From Rhina ancylostomus (taxonomy: Eukaryota): a DNA stretch of 64,000 bases. The stretch is taken from positions 14,870,082 through 14,934,081 of the forward strand of contig JARFYF010000046.1 in the NCBI GenBank assembly GCA_030265395.1, in the 5' to 3' direction. The position numbers and the translations under genes are program-made. Under the pieces are notes generated by a model that did not search any database, had not been told where the DNA came from, and saw nothing but the letters and a program-made list of their open reading frames with translations. Below, piece after piece: positions 36,316-50,120 of the stretch; the first letter of the stretch is position 1, and each line of letters starts with the position of its first letter.

Positions 36316-37146
36316 CGTGACTCTGTGACTCTAGTGTAAATGGGTGCTTGTGGTCAGTACAGACTTGATGGGCCAAAGGTCTTGTATGACTCTTTAAGTC
36401 TATCCATGTATTTTCTCAGCTGTAGGTGAGGATGGGCCATGGGGAAAGATGATGGTTATTCGGCTATTTTAATGCTATTCTGAGATTTTAATACTATTTG
36501 TACACACTTCTAGGTGGGTAAGTTAACAGCCAGCACAAGTACTCCTGAACTCCGATTAGGAACTGACACGGGTACGTTGGTTGATAAGTTGATCAGCTCC
36601 CCAGATATCAACCAGCTTGAGGTTGATCTGTGAGCAATGATCATTCAATGATCATTCCAAGAGCTCATTTTAATGCAGAAATTGATGAATCACAACCAAT
36701 CAATGTTTCGCTCTGTATCCTAAAAACCATCTGGAACCTTAATCACTTTTATTAAGGAAATGGATTTAACAGAAATTCTGGAGTGGATCCAGCCCAGAGC
36801 TCATGAATACAGTACTTGTGCTCATGTTCTGACTCAAGAGTTGTGATCTCGTCTGAGGGAGAACTTGCAAGGTGATGGGTATGAAGATTGGGTAAGTTTC
36901 TTCATGGACCAATGATAAGATTTCCCTGTCCAGTGACTGGGAGCTAATACTGTTTGTACTCAATGGGCAATGATTCATCCCAATGATAAACTTGGAGCAC
37001 AGGTAAGGGATGGAAACTGAGAATAAGCAGAGAATAAACTTCTTTCGTCCAGGCATTGCCCTTGATTCACCTTTTCCATGTGATTGTGACGTGACAGGAT
37101 GTTGCTGATAAGTGTGACATATATGATCCATCTCTTGAGCAGAAGC

Positions 37147-37543
37147 ATTGGTATTGGTATTAGCCTATTAGTGTCACTTGTACCGAGGTACAGTGAAAAC
37201 CTTGTCTTGCATACTGTTCATACAGATCAATTGTGGTAGTGCATTGAGGTAGTACAGTGCATTGAGGTAGTACAGGGTAAAAATAATAACAGAATACAGA
37301 GGAAAGTGTCACAGCTACAGTGAAGTACATTGCAGGTAGATTCCGAGGTGCATAAGGTGCAAGGTCATAATAAAGTAGATTCTAAGGTCAAGAGTCCATC
37401 TCATCATATAAGGAAACCGTTCAATAATCTTATCACAGTGGGATAGAAGCTGCCCTTGAGCCTGGTGGTATGTGCCTTCAGGGTCCTGTATCTTCTACCT
37501 GATGGGAGAGGGGAGAAGAGAGGATGACCCAGGTGGGTGGGGT
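37147..37543 (-). mobile_element. Rex1/Babar LINE 3' end
   Basis: (attggt)n tail; gtcacttgtaccgaggtacagtgaaaac; gtgggatagaagctgcccttgagcctggtggtatgtgcc...cctgatgggagaggggagaagag (F.PLPSGRRY..L...T.RL.DSFYP); internal 18-bp tandem duplication at 37238-37273. Confidence 0.85.
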
Positions 37544-37790
37544 ACAGCACAGAAACAGGCTCCTCAGTCCCCGATGACAATCAATCACTCTTCCCAGTTA
37601 TTCTCCCAACATTCCCATCAACCATCCCCAGATTCTACAACTCACTGACACTCTCAGAGTAATTTATAATGACCAACTAAATTAGCAAACCCTCACGTTG
37701 GGATATAGGAGGAAACTGCAGCACCCAGAGGAAACCCATGAGGTCACAGGGAGAACGTACAAACTCCACCCAAACAGCACCAAAGGTCAG
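37544..37790 (-). mobile_element. HE1-like V-SINE fragment
   Basis: acagcacagaaacaggc tail; ggaaactgcagcacccagaggaaacccatgaggtcacagggagaacgtacaaactcc. Confidence 0.8.
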
Positions 37791-38019
37791 ATGCTGCTCG
37801 ACCCGTTGAGTTCCCCCAGCAGATTGTTTGATATGCTTGACCCAGTCTGGNNNNNNNNNNNNNNNNNNNNNNNNNNNNNNNNNNNNNNNNNNNNNNNNNN
37901 NNNNNNNNNNNNNNNNNNNNNNNNNNNNNNNNNNNNNNNNNNNNNNNNNNACAGTCAATGGCCCAAATGGCCTAATTCTGCTCCTGTATCTTATGTTCTT
38001 ATGGTCTAAACTCATGTTG

Positions 38020-38130
38020 ATGAAGAAACCTTAACTCTGTTTCTCCCTCTGCAGATGCTGTCTGACCTGCTGAGTATTTCTCTGTTTTTAATTCAGATTT
38101 CCAGCATCTGTGGGTCTTTATTTTTTGCTT
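38020..38130 (+). mobile_element. Penelope terminal-repeat fragment
   Basis: gaaaccttaactctgtttctccctctgcagatgctgtctgacctgctgagtatttc...ttcagatttccagcatctg. Confidence 0.65.
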
Positions 38131-38526
38131 TTCATCCCAGTGAGTCCCAGTAAGAATTCTTTACTTTGTTTTGTTGATGGGTTTCACTGCTTCTTTCTCT
38201 AATCACAATTAATACAGATCATCTCTAGAGGGCACGATGTTGGATCAGTCACCAGATTATCCCAGGGCTATGAAGCTGCCAATGAAATGATCAACAGGAG
38301 CATTCTTTTGTCATTGACCTCAGGATCCCAGTCATTAGCTCATGCAAGTGGCAAATGCTACAGATGGAGATTATGTACTGATAACACAGTGGCCATTTTC
38401 TATGTATTATAGCAATGTTAGATACAATTTGATGGGCTACATTGTTTACTGAGACTTAAGTGTTGAAGCTAATAATATAAATATTTGTACCAAGTACAAG
38501 TACTTATGGAGCTGTTACTGTGAATC

Positions 38527-39204
38527 CTGTCCTGGTCCAACCACGTAGATGCCATGGCCAAGAAAGCTCACCAGCACCTCTGCTTCCTCAGGAGGCTCAA
38601 GAAATTTGGCAGGTCACCTTTGACACTCACCAATTTTTGTTGATGCACCATAGAAAGCATCCTATCTGGATGCATCACTGCTTGGTATAGTCACTGTTCT
38701 GCCCAGGACCACAAGAAACTGCAGAGAGCTGTGGACACAGCTCAGCACATCACGGAAACCAGCCTCGCCTCCATGGAACTCTGTCTACACTTCTCACTGC
38801 CTCGGTAAAGCAGCCAGCACAATTAAAGACCCCACCCAGCTGGGACATGCTCTTTTCTCCCCTCTCCCATCAGGCAGGAGATACAAAAACCTGAAAGCAT
38901 GTACCACCAAGCTCAGGGACAGCTTATATCCCACTGTTTTAAGACTATTGAATAGTTCCCTTATACGATGAGCTGGACTCTTGACCTCACAATCTACCTC
39001 ATTATGGCTTTGCATCTTATTGTCTACCTGCACTGCACTTTTTCTGTAACTGTGACACTTTATTCTGCACTCTATTATTGTTTTACCTTGTGCTACCTCA
39101 ATGGACTGTGTAATGAATTGATCTATATGAACTGTATGCAAGACAAATTTTTCACTGTACATTGGTACAAGTGACAATAATAAGCCAATTCCATTTCTAA
39201 TTCC
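38527..39204 (+). mobile_element. Rex1/Babar LINE 3' fragment
   Basis: LSWSNHVDAMAKKAHQHLCFLRRLKKFG...TIESILSGCITAWY...; 3' UTR and ccaattccatt tail. Confidence 0.9.
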
Positions 39205-40724
39205 CAGTGTTAGGATGAAGGAAGGGGGAGAAAAAGTAAATAACAACATATGGACTTAGGAAAGGGAGATCATCCATCTACCCCGTCCACTCATCCATAT
39301 AGAATNNNNNNNNNNATTCTTCCTAGTTACCCAGTCTCCTGGAAAATATAAACATTACTAAAGCCTTGCTAGAACAGAACTTAGCAGATGAACTGAGACT
39401 TAGGATATGCAAGCAAAGAGAATTATATTTCAACATATTTCCCTTTTTTATTTGTTGATCTTAGCATTGTCTGTTTTTCACTATTCTTCAATTCCAAGGC
39501 CTTTCTGCTGCTATGAAATAAAGCTAATAAATAGCAGTGGCCTATGACTGTGGGACCACTCCCAGTTTTGCAGCTATTAAGATGTGATTCCTAATAGTTA
39601 GTGTCGATAGGTTATTCAGTATTGAAAGTTGTCATGTGGCAACTTTAAAAGAAAGATTCATATGAACTGATTCGAAATATGAAATACTGTTGTTTCTTCT
39701 TTATATTAATCATCCAACTAACAGTTAACTGAATTATTACATTTCCGTTAGTTTGTCAATCAGAAGTCAATAAACTGATATGGCTTTGTATCTGCAAGAA
39801 CACATCATGTGAATCATTTCTAAGGCATTAAATATGAGTTGCAGCCCAAATGGCTTTCCCTGTGTAAACAAATTGTCATCCTTGTAATAGCAGGGCCAGA
39901 GGAAAAATGTTTACAAAAGAATAAAAAGAGAAAAGCATCAGATGCTTCAAATATCAGTATTTTTCCAGAGACAGCAAAAGTCAAGTACTTTATATAAATT
40001 ATACATTGAAAACAGTGGACCCAGATAATGGCAATTTCCATAAAACATCCAATTCCTTTTACAGTGCATTCCTTTCTTGAAGCCTCATGTTGATGCCACA
40101 TTGTTATATTTGAATAATGTATTGATATTCATGTTTGCTTCAGCCTCCTTCATAGCCTTCTGGTTTTGCTATTAACATGTCAACTGCTTGAACAAGAAAT
40201 ATTGTCTCAAGTGTACCTCATATGAACCACAGAAGACAACTATGTCCCAGTGATGATTCAAATGAGGTAGTGAATAAGAATTTTGATTTGAACATAGGTG
40301 TCAGTTGGCTGCCTCTTAGAGTAATTGCACTTTCAATTCACAAAGTCTTCTGGTGCTCAAGAATCTAATTAGGAATATTCAGAGGGTTGTGTTTCAATTT
40401 TCTTAATACCTGTAGAATAGAAGATGCCTGTGCCTCATATTGTCTTTCAGGCCCAGGTTTGTGAAATGAACAGGTCTTCTCAAGCACTTTATTTACTCAG
40501 TGACTGTAGCTCCATTACACTTGGTGGTCATTATTAGATGCTTGTACAGGTCAAAATCCAACACTCTTCAGCATTTGAATGTCTGTTCCCATGTAAAAGA
40601 ATTCTTTATCAGGCCAAATGCATTATATTTTATTCTTGTACTTTTCTGATTTGCTTAAGTATAAATAATCCATTAATATTTTCTTTTCTTTTAAATATGT
40701 CTAAGCTAGAGAAATGTCTCACAA

Positions 40725-40897
40725 ATAAATACAGAAAACTGGAAATAATCAAGTGGTTGGGCAGCATCTGTGGTAAGGTCATTGATCTGAAATGTTAATT
40801 CTAGTTCTCTCTCCACACATGCTGCCTGAACTCCCACATATTTTCAGCATTTCCCTTTTTTTGTATTTCAGGTTTCCACCATCTGTACTATTTTGCT
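40725..40897. mobile_element. Fold-back Penelope-terminus element
   Basis: aaaactggaaataatcaagtggttgggcagcatctgtgg ... ccacacatgctgcctgaactcccacatattttcagcattt form inverted arms around gtcattgatctgaaatgttaa. Confidence 0.7.
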
Positions 40898-41185
40898 TTT
40901 CCCTTGTTTTATTGATGTCTCACAAGGCTATGCCTGTAAGTGGTGATTTACAAAGCTCACCATATAATAACACTAGCTGAAGTTTCATGCTGAAGGTTCA
41001 ATTATATCCAATTCAAAGAATGTACACATGGCTCCTGTAATAAGACCATCCAAAACTATTGTTAACCAAACATCAGTGAGATATTCAAATTATACCTGGG
41101 TTGTAGGATTTTCCGTACATATTTTGTATGCACATACATTGTATCAGTGTTACTTCCAGCTGATAGTATCAGACTTTCATTAACC

Positions 41186-41975
41186 CAGAATCAGGATTGG
41201 AATCAGATTTATCATCACCGACATATGACATGAAATTTGTTGTTTTGAGGCAGCAGTACAGTGCAAGGCATCAAAACCTATAAATTACAAAAAAAATAAA
41301 TAGTGAAAAAAAAGGAATAAAGAGGTGGTGTTCATGAGTTTGTGGGTCATTCAGAAATCTGATGGTGGAGGGGATGAAGCTATTCCTGAATTGTTCAGTT
41401 TAGAAGTTTAGGCTCCCGATGGTAGTAACAAGAAGAGGGCATGTCCCGGGTAGTGGGGTACTTAATAATGGATGCTATCTTCTTGAGGCACTGCCTTTGA
41501 CAGTGGGGAGGGTTATGGCCGTGATGGAGCTGGCTGAGTCTATAACCCTCTGCAACCTCATGCTATCCTGTGCATTGGAGGCTCCATACCAGGCAGTGAT
41601 GCAACCAGTCAGAATGCTCACCATCTGTAGAAATTTGCAAGAGTCTTTGGTGACATACCAAATCTCCTCAAACTCCTAACGAAGTAGAGCCACTGATGTG
41701 CTTTATTCATGATTGCGTCAATGTGTTGGGCACAGGATAAATCCTCTGAGATGTTGATGCCCAGGAACTTGAAACTGCTCACCTTTTCCAATGCTGACCC
41801 CTCAATGAGAACTGGTGTGTGTTCTCCTGACTTCCCCTTCCTGAGGTCCACAATCAATTCCTTGGTCTTGCTGATGTTGAGTGTGAGGTTGTTGTTGTGA
41901 CACCACTCAACCAGCTGATCTATCCCATTCCTGTAGGCCTCCTCATCGCCATCTGAGATTTTACCAACAACAGTG
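41186..41975 (-). mobile_element. Rex1/Babar LINE 3' fragment
   Basis: ORF 41618-41857 MIVDLRKGKSGEHTPVLIEGSALEKVSSFKFLGINISEDLS..QHIDAIMNKAHQWLYFVRSLRRFGMS; (aatcag)n tail. Confidence 0.9.
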
Positions 41976-42499
41976 ATAGGAAAGTGGTTCTCGGGTTAAA
42001 GGTCAGCCATGACCCAAATGAGTGCCGGAGCAGGCACAAAGGGTTAATTACTATTCCTTCTTTGATTTCCTAAGCTCATGTTCTTCTGTTTAGGGAGGAA
42101 GGGAGACTCTGGAGAAGGAGCAAAAAAGAATCTGAAACCCAACAACATGAACATTGCATTCTCCAGTTTCAACGAACATGTCCCATTATTCTTCTCTTTC
42201 CTGATCTACCCAGGTCCTCCCGCACACACCTTTCTTCCCAAAACCCCCACCCTCCAGCCCTCGATCACCCAGTTTTATCTCCCTCGCCCACCTACTCCAT
42301 CTGCCCATCACCCACAGACACCTCCCACTGGGTGCCCTCCNNNNNNNNNNNNNNNNNNNNNNNNNNNNNNNNNNNNNNNNNNNNNNNNNNNNNNNNNNNN
42401 NNNNNNNNNNNNNNNNNNNNNNNNNNNNNNNNNNNNNNNNATTCTCCTGTCTGTATCCTATTCAGCACCTGTTCAATTATTGCCCCTTTGCACGCTGAA

Positions 42500-42872
42500 C
42501 TACATTGGATCTCAGTCTCCTCATATCTCAGGTACAATAATGTCACCCTTGTGCAGTAATTTCTTTCTGGCTTCCTATCTCTGTAATGTCCCCTAAACTT
42601 ACAAGTAATTGCTGTTCCACTTGATCATTCTCTTCACCCATTTCCTTGACAGTTTTGACTGTGTATTCAGTCCCTACGCTACATGTTCTGGAACTGCCTT
42701 CCTGGAGACCTGTGACTCTGTCCTCTTAAAGATCTCCCTTTAAAGCCCATCTCTTTGACCAAGTTTTTGGTAACTCCTCCTAATATTTAAGTATATGACT
42801 GTCTTTTTCTCCCCTTTAAATCTTGCAATTTTTTTTAACTTTAAGAGCACTATATGAAAGCAAATTTTGTTC
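42500..42872 (+). mobile_element. L2 LINE 3' end, decayed
   Basis: cctatctctgtaat...ttctggaactgccttcct...ctttaaagcccatctctttgaccaagtttttggtaactcctcctaatat...agcactatatgaaagcaaattttgtt. Confidence 0.6.
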
Positions 42873-44689
42873 TTATAACTGAAAAATAGATGTTAACATT
42901 TTGCTACGTAAGTTTACATTACTATCTGAAAATCTCACTTCAAAATGACTAGGAAAATAAATCATGATTGAAAAATATAAATACTTACATTATATATTTC
43001 ATAATGTAAATATAAGGAAGTAGTTTACCAGAGCTTTATGCTGAACAATTATTGTACATGTAACATCATGAATTACATTTTTAGGTTTGGTGCACTAATT
43101 CTACTGCAGGCTTGAATCATTCCAGCACAATGAAGACAATTCCCTTCAAAATGGTAATGTTATGGTTGAGTAAAATATGTTTAAGTCTTTCATTTTTTTG
43201 TTTGAACTTTCAACGATTTAACATTTCAACTAACAACCCATTGGTTACCCTGCCAAACACATCCAACTAAACTTCAAAGTGATTTCTGAAGACTTTACTT
43301 GGTGTAATGGATGTCTCCTTCGAACCTGAAATGACATGAATACATTTATCAGTGATAACGTTAACAGTTAGACATAAGGCTTTAGCACTAGGAATTTTTT
43401 TTTGTATTCAAGTAAACCCCTTTATATGGCATTGCATATGATTACTTCATACTGATCTACATTCATTTTCACTTTGTGTGACAAAGTGATTCCAATAAAA
43501 CAACATTAAGATTGAACAGGTATTGCACATTTTGCCCTCTGGATTACTGATCAAGCCCCTTAAAAGCTGAAATATTCACTTAATTTTTACCTGGTGAACA
43601 GTGGCGCCTTCAATTTAAGCAGTGTCAAGGACTATGTCCAGAAGGGATCTTTTTTCACAGTTGAAGAGCTATGATTAAAGGGCCTCAAATACTTAGTAAA
43701 TAATCTGATTATGTAAGGAATTCTGTCATTTCTAAAGAAGATGAATGTGCATGTTCGTTTTTCCTTCCTCGTGATTTTATACAGGTATAGTGCAGAGGAT
43801 ACTCAAGATTAAAGCGTTTTGGTACTGTGTCTGCATTCCTGGTTTGCATCAAGAGAGAAAAAAATATCCACTGAAAAATTAGAGAAAAGTGGGGAATCAT
43901 TTCCCATATTGCCTTCCAATGCCCTGATTATTTGTGTGATATTGGAATGTGCTCACTTTTGGCTGGTTTACTCACTGTTATGAGATGCTTCAGAGCTGAT
44001 GTCTCAATGTCCAGCCTCTAAGCATGCTTGGTAATCTTCATGGACCCAGTAATTTTTCTCCAAGAAAGACTGGAAGGAAATGTATCTGTGATGAACTACA
44101 CCTAAATCACAAAGTTAATGTAACAACAGAAATGGATCATTCAATATCCTACAAGTAAGACAATACTTTAATCAAAATATCTTCTTAAGGTATTTTTTCT
44201 CTTCTTCTCTTTCTTTATTTCCCTGTACCATTTTATTATTTGGTGGGTTTTTGTTTGTGCATCTTATCAGCTTTCACTTAGGCTTCAGGATTTAAATATG
44301 GCTACCTATCTCCTACAAGTATGTATTTATTAACTGCAATATTTCTTTGCAGAAACATTCCTCCATATCGTTAATTATTCTCCCCCAATGCCATCCTAGG
44401 AGTTGGACTATAATGAATTTTTGAAAGGGTAATAAGTGGTAAACAGTGAAATAACGACGGATGTCACTTAATGGACTCCATGAAGGCATTTGACTATGCT
44501 TCTTATGGGAGCAGTGTTTAACAAAAGTTAGAGCTGATGGAATTGAAACCAAATTATTGAGACCAGGCTAGAAGACTGATTCAACAACAAGAAGTTAAAA
44601 AGTAATAAATGATCGCTAATGAAAACATTTTATTATATGCAGGGATGAACTATTGAATTTCTCAAGATTTGCAAATGTATTTGAACATT

Positions 44690-45615
44690 GTGCAATCATC
44701 GGAGGACATCCTTATTCTTATTATGATGGTAGGAAGCTCATTGAAATGCCAAAAGATGGTTGGGGCTAGGACACTGTCATCAGCATCTCTAGCGGTGTTA
44801 TCCTGGGGCTGGGATGATTAACCTCCAACAACCACAACCTTCTTCCTTTGTGTGAGTGTTTTGTCTTGATGCCCATTGAGTTCATTGTTATCAGACTTCC
44901 TTGATGCTACACCTTATCAAATGCTGTCTTGATGTCAAGGGCATCAAAACTCACCTCAATTGCTTGAATTCATCTTTTTGCTCTTTGTTTGGACCAAAGC
45001 TGTGATGAGGTCTGGAGACAAGCAGTCCTGGTGAAACTCAGCATTGGTGAGCAGGCTACAGGATAGTAGGTGTAATTCACTAACACTATCGTCGACATCT
45101 TCCATCACTGTACTGACGATTGAGTTGAGACTGAGCAGCAATTAGCTGTATTTCTCCTGCTTTATGTGAATGGGACACACTTGTGGAATTTTCCACATTG
45201 TTAATGAGATGCCAATGTTATAAATACTGGGACAGCTTCACTACAGTCATGGCTATTAATGGAGCAGAAGTCTGGGACATTGGCTGGACGTGCAGTCTTT
45301 GTTGTTTCCAGTGCTCTCAGCTATTCATTGATATCATGTGGTGCGAATCAAATTGGTTGAATGTTGGCTCTGTGATAGTAAGACTTTCAGGAGGATCACA
45401 AGTGCATTATTCACCAGGCACGTGGTTGAAAGGCTGCAAATGGTTCAGCTGTGAGTTTAGCATATAGACACTAGACCCTGCCATCATTGAAAATGGGGAT
45501 GTTCTTGGATTCTCATTCTCCCAATAGCTGTTTAATTGCCCACTGCCATTCATGACTAGATGTACAGAATTGAACATCTTTGATCTAGTTCATTGGTTAT
45601 TAGATAACATAGCAA
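44690..45615 (-). mobile_element. CR1/L2-group LINE reverse-transcriptase fragment
   Basis: Minus strand: SPDLITALVQT, ALDIKTAFDKV*HQGSL, KVVVVGG*SSQPQD, SVLAPTIF, DVLR*L (decayed FADD region). Confidence 0.75.
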
Positions 45616-45789
45616 ATAGAGGGAGACTGATTATAGCAGATAGGTTGCTTAGGAAAATGTGCATTGCCTAAAACTGAAAGTCAGGTCTTTCAGAAGTGAT
45701 GCTAGGAGACCGCTTTGCTTGAAAAGTGAGATAGAAATCTGTTATCTCTGTTATTTGCCCTATCAGTACCCCTTCTTGAAAACTTTGAT

Positions 45790-46345
45790 AAGAATATATG
45801 AACTAGGAACAGGATTAGCCATCTGCCCCATCAAGCCTGCTTTGCCATTTATCAAGACTAAGATTGATCTTCTACCTCAGTGCTATTATCTGGTACTATC
45901 CCCATGTCTCTTGATTCCTCTAATATGAAGGAATCCATCAACCTCATGCTCTGCCACTAACATATGTGTAAGAGAATTCTAAAGGTTCACCACCCTCTCA
46001 ACTTTAAACAAACTTCTCCTTATTCCTAAATTGTTCTCCTGGTCCTAGACTATCAAGCACTTGAAGAGTTAATAAGTTTTAGTGACATTTCCTCTCATTC
46101 TTCTCAACTCTAAGAATACAGTTTTTGTCTAAACAATCTCTTCTCATAGGGAACACCAGCCATCCTTGGAATCAGTCCCGTGAAGCTTCTCTGCTTTCCC
46201 TCTATGACAAGCATGACCTTTCTTAGCGAAGGACACCAAGACTCTACACAATATTCCAGGTGCAGTTTCAGCAAGGCTCTATGCACTAAGCCTTCCTTCC
46301 TCCTATAATCAAGTACTCATTACAAAGCCTAACTTGCAATTTGTC
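45790..46345 (-). mobile_element. CR1 LINE 3' fragment
   Basis: ataagaatatatgaactaggaacagg tail; agagaattctaaaggttcaccaccctc; caagactctacacaatattccaggtgcagttt (reverse of L.LEYCV). Confidence 0.75.
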
Positions 46346-48129
46346 CTCCTTCAGACCTTCTCAGTGAAGCATGATGCTTATGAACCAAAGAATTTGTTTC
46401 CTAATCCTCTCCCTTTCCTTACTCCTGTGACTCCATTCTGCTTGGAATACCATGATTCTTCAGAGTTTAACTGAATCCTTTGTCTTCCCTATTATCTAGC
46501 TGTAGTTTCCTGTATAATATCTTTGGCTCACACCAGTGGACACTTATTTAATGGACATTATGCCTCCATTTACATTCATTTCTATTAACAGCCTCAAGTC
46601 CCATATTTTATCATACAGGCCCTTCAGCAAACTGCATCAGCACAGCCACCTACACTCATCCCATTTTTTGATGGAGAAGTTCTGGAGAGATCCAGGGAAG
46701 GGGGACAATAGATTTATCCTGTCAAAAGACTTATTGAGCTCATTGGTAATTTACTGCTTCTCAAGATACTTGACATTCTTCCACCTCATAAATAATTTCT
46801 ATCTGATTTTACAAGTTAAAATATTTCCCTTAACCATTTCATCTTTCTCCAGACCATGCACAAGCTTAAGCTAGTTCTGTATTAAATTTGAGTTCCATAT
46901 GTCAAGGGAACATGCCGCCTTAACAGAGATCAGACCACATAATGGACATCTAAATCGATATAAAATAATAGATAACTCTAAAATGTGGACTCATTAGTTA
47001 TGCATTTCACCTCCCAGAGACTGTAAGCACAGGACGTGACACATTGAGATATGGAAAACAACTAAGTACTAGGGTTATGTGGAATTGAGTCTTCTCCTAG
47101 ATGTTATAAGATTACAATATGTAATCATAGCTCTGATGTTATACCAACACATGGGAAATATGAAAAAATTTATCTCCCAATACATTTACAAATGGCATTG
47201 GAGCTGGTACGGGGTTAGCAGATTTTATCAGTATTCAGTTCCACATGCTCTCTGAAGTTATCACTCAATCATATCCTTAGGTTGTCTTCACATAACTTCT
47301 AAGATCTTGAGGTTCACTGTGAAATGGTGTATAAATATTAGTCAGTTTCAGAAGTTATTTTTCTAATGGAATAGAACTTTAATCTTAAGTATTTGACCTC
47401 CTGTCTTTGACTATTAATAAAGCAACTTGACCTGAGAATATTTTTGAAATGCATTGAGTATGAATTGTTCAAACTATTCCAGCTATAGCATCCATTACAT
47501 AGATTACATCCCACCATGTCAATTTGAGGTCAATTTGATCTATTCAGAAATGGCCAATTAAGAAGCCTTTTACAACATTTGTTGATTGTAATCAATGAAG
47601 CGATTTATGTAAAAACATGTTGTATTTACCCAGTGTGTAAAATTTGATGCAGTTGCAGTTTCCTTTAGATATAAAACTGAAGAAACTGCACTCACAGGCC
47701 ATCACAGCTTGGCACGATTTCCATCCATGAATAATACATACCAATTCTTCTTTGGATTTTCTGTGAGAATTCCTACAGTCGGAAGAGATAAGTATTCTTA
47801 TGCATTGAAAATGATTAAAACTTGACTTGCTAGTCATGATTAATTGATCGGTCCATTTGTTTATGTAAACATAGATATACTTATCCACTTATTGACAATT
47901 ATTTGGAGCTTAGAAAGCTTCAACTAGCTGGAGAGATTCATTCTGTATTAAAGCTGATATGACATGTCAGCAGTTTAAAGTCCCATTGAGAAAGCTAAAA
48001 TGAATAACGATGACANNNNNNNNNNGATGACATGACTAAACAAATCATTCCTTTCTATTAAAGCTATTTAATCTTCGTGCACTTAATCACAATCACCAGC
48101 AAAACGGAATTATACACAGTCTTGAATGG

Positions 48130-48465
48130 AGAGAAACACTCCAAGGTGTTTCACATGAATGAGGAAAAGAAATGAACCTCAAGGAAAGGCTGGGAGAATA
48201 CAACTTAAATTTTAGTCAGAAAAGTGTTATAAAGAAGAGAGATTCAGGGAGAGAATTCTAAAGTGCGGAAGTGACACATTTGAAGACCCATCCATCATTG
48301 ATATGGCAAAATGGGGGAGAGTATCAAAAGGTCTGAATCAGGGAAGGCCATTCCTTTGTTCTAGTGTTTGATAGGGCTATAGCATTGGAGAAGTCTCCAG
48401 AGATAAGGATGGATGAGACCAGAGATGATGTAGAGACAAATTTTAAATTAAATGCAATGTGGAAA
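48130..48465 (-). mobile_element. L2 LINE 3' end, decayed
   Basis: aaacactccaaggtgtttcaca...cagggagagaattctaaagtg...ccagagataagg...aattttaaatt. Confidence 0.55.
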
Positions 48466-49081
48466 TTTAATAATGTAATATCTTTTTTGATATAAATATT
48501 TAAAGAAGTTAATATGAGTGTATAGTTATGGAAAGTTAATTTTATTTACTAGAAGGTGGAAGTTCCATCAGACCCAGATCCTGCTGGAATCAGTGGCAAG
48601 ATTTCCGCTTCCCATCACCTCCCATGCCTGCACTTACTTTGTCCTGATGCAAAAGGCATTTTCACTGACCCTCCTTACCCCAGAGTCCAGCTGTATCATC
48701 TAAGCAGCACCAGGGCTTCCTACCATGCAGTGACAAGGCTGCACCACTGAAAAATCCCTGACAACTTTCAACACGTCTGAGGACAAGACTATGTCAATTG
48801 TAAAAGCTGTAAAAGATTTTTAATAGCTTTAATGTCTGACATTCAAAAATACTTAAAATATATTAAAATTAATTGCAATAATTAAAAAGGTTATTGTTAA
48901 AACATTAAATAATTAAGTAAACATTCAAATTAAGGTTTTTGTTGAAATAAAGTAATTTACTATCCATCAGGGCCATTTTTTNNNNNNNNNNNNNNNNNNN
49001 NNNNNNNNNNNNNNNNNNNNNNNNNNNNNNNNNNNNNNNNNNNNNNNNNNNNNNNNNNNNNNNNNNNNNNNNNNNNNNNNN

Positions 49082-50120
49082 GGAGGCTGGTTTCTGTGAT
49101 GTGCTGGCCTGTGTTCACAACTCTCTACAGTTTCTTGTGGTCCCAGGCAGAGCAGTTGCATACCAAGCTGTAATATACCCAGATAGGATGCCTCCTATGG
49201 TGCATCGAGAAAAGTTGGTGAGTGTCAAGGGGGACATGCCAAATTTCTTTAGCCTCCTGAGAAAGTAGAGGTACTGGTGAGCTTTCTTGGCCGTGGCACC
49301 TACATGGTTGGACCAGGATGATATTCACTCCAAGGAACTTGAAGATTTCAACCCTCTCGGCCTCAGCACCATTGATGCAGACAGGTGCATGTACCCCACC
49401 ACCCTTCCCTGAAATCAATGACCAGTTCTTGTTTTGATGACATTGAGGGAAAGGTTGTTGTCATGACATCATGTCACTAAGCTCTCTATCTCCTTCCTGT
49501 ACTCTGACTCATTGTTATTTGAGATACAGCCTACTACGGTCGTATCATCTGCAAACTAGTAGATGGAGTTAGAGCAGAATATGGCCACGTAGTCATGAGT
49601 ATAGAGGGAGTAGAGTAGAGGGCTGAGGACGCAGCCTTGTGGAGCACCAGTGTTGAGAATAATTGTGCTGGAGGTGTTGCTGCCTGTCCTCACTAATTGT
49701 GGTCTGTTGGTCAGAAAGTCGAGGATCCGGTTGCAGAGGGAGGTGTTGAGTCTCAGGTCTCGGAGTTTGGTGATAAATTTGCTTGGAATTATTGTGTTGA
49801 AGGTGAAGCTGTAGTCAATAAACAATAGTCTAACGTAGGTTCCTTTCCTGTCCAGAGATGAGATGGAGAGGGAAATGGCATGCACTGTCGACCTGTTTCT
49901 GCAATAGGCAAATTGCAGTGGTCAAGGTTTTCCAGGAGGCTGGAGTTAATGTGTGCCATGACCAACCTCTTGAAGCACTTCACAATGGTGAACGTCAGAG
50001 CCACCGGTCGGTAGTCATTAAGGCATTTTACCTTGTTTTTCTTAGGTATCGGAATGATAGTGGTCTTCTTAAAACAGGTGGGAACCTCCGATTGAAGCAG
50101 GGACAGGTTAAATATCCCCA
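49082..50120 (-). mobile_element. Rex1/Babar LINE with reverse-transcriptase domain (disabled)
   Basis: [27 protein letters not shown]; [18 protein letters not shown]; [19 protein letters not shown]; *FADDT; VEIFKFLGVNI; contains frameshifts and stops. Confidence 0.92.

Noticed and set aside
37245-37273. TGAGGTAGTA twice, resembling the let-7 5' end
   Set aside because: It lies in a Rex1 3' UTR tandem duplication; the match stops after 10 nt and there is no hairpin
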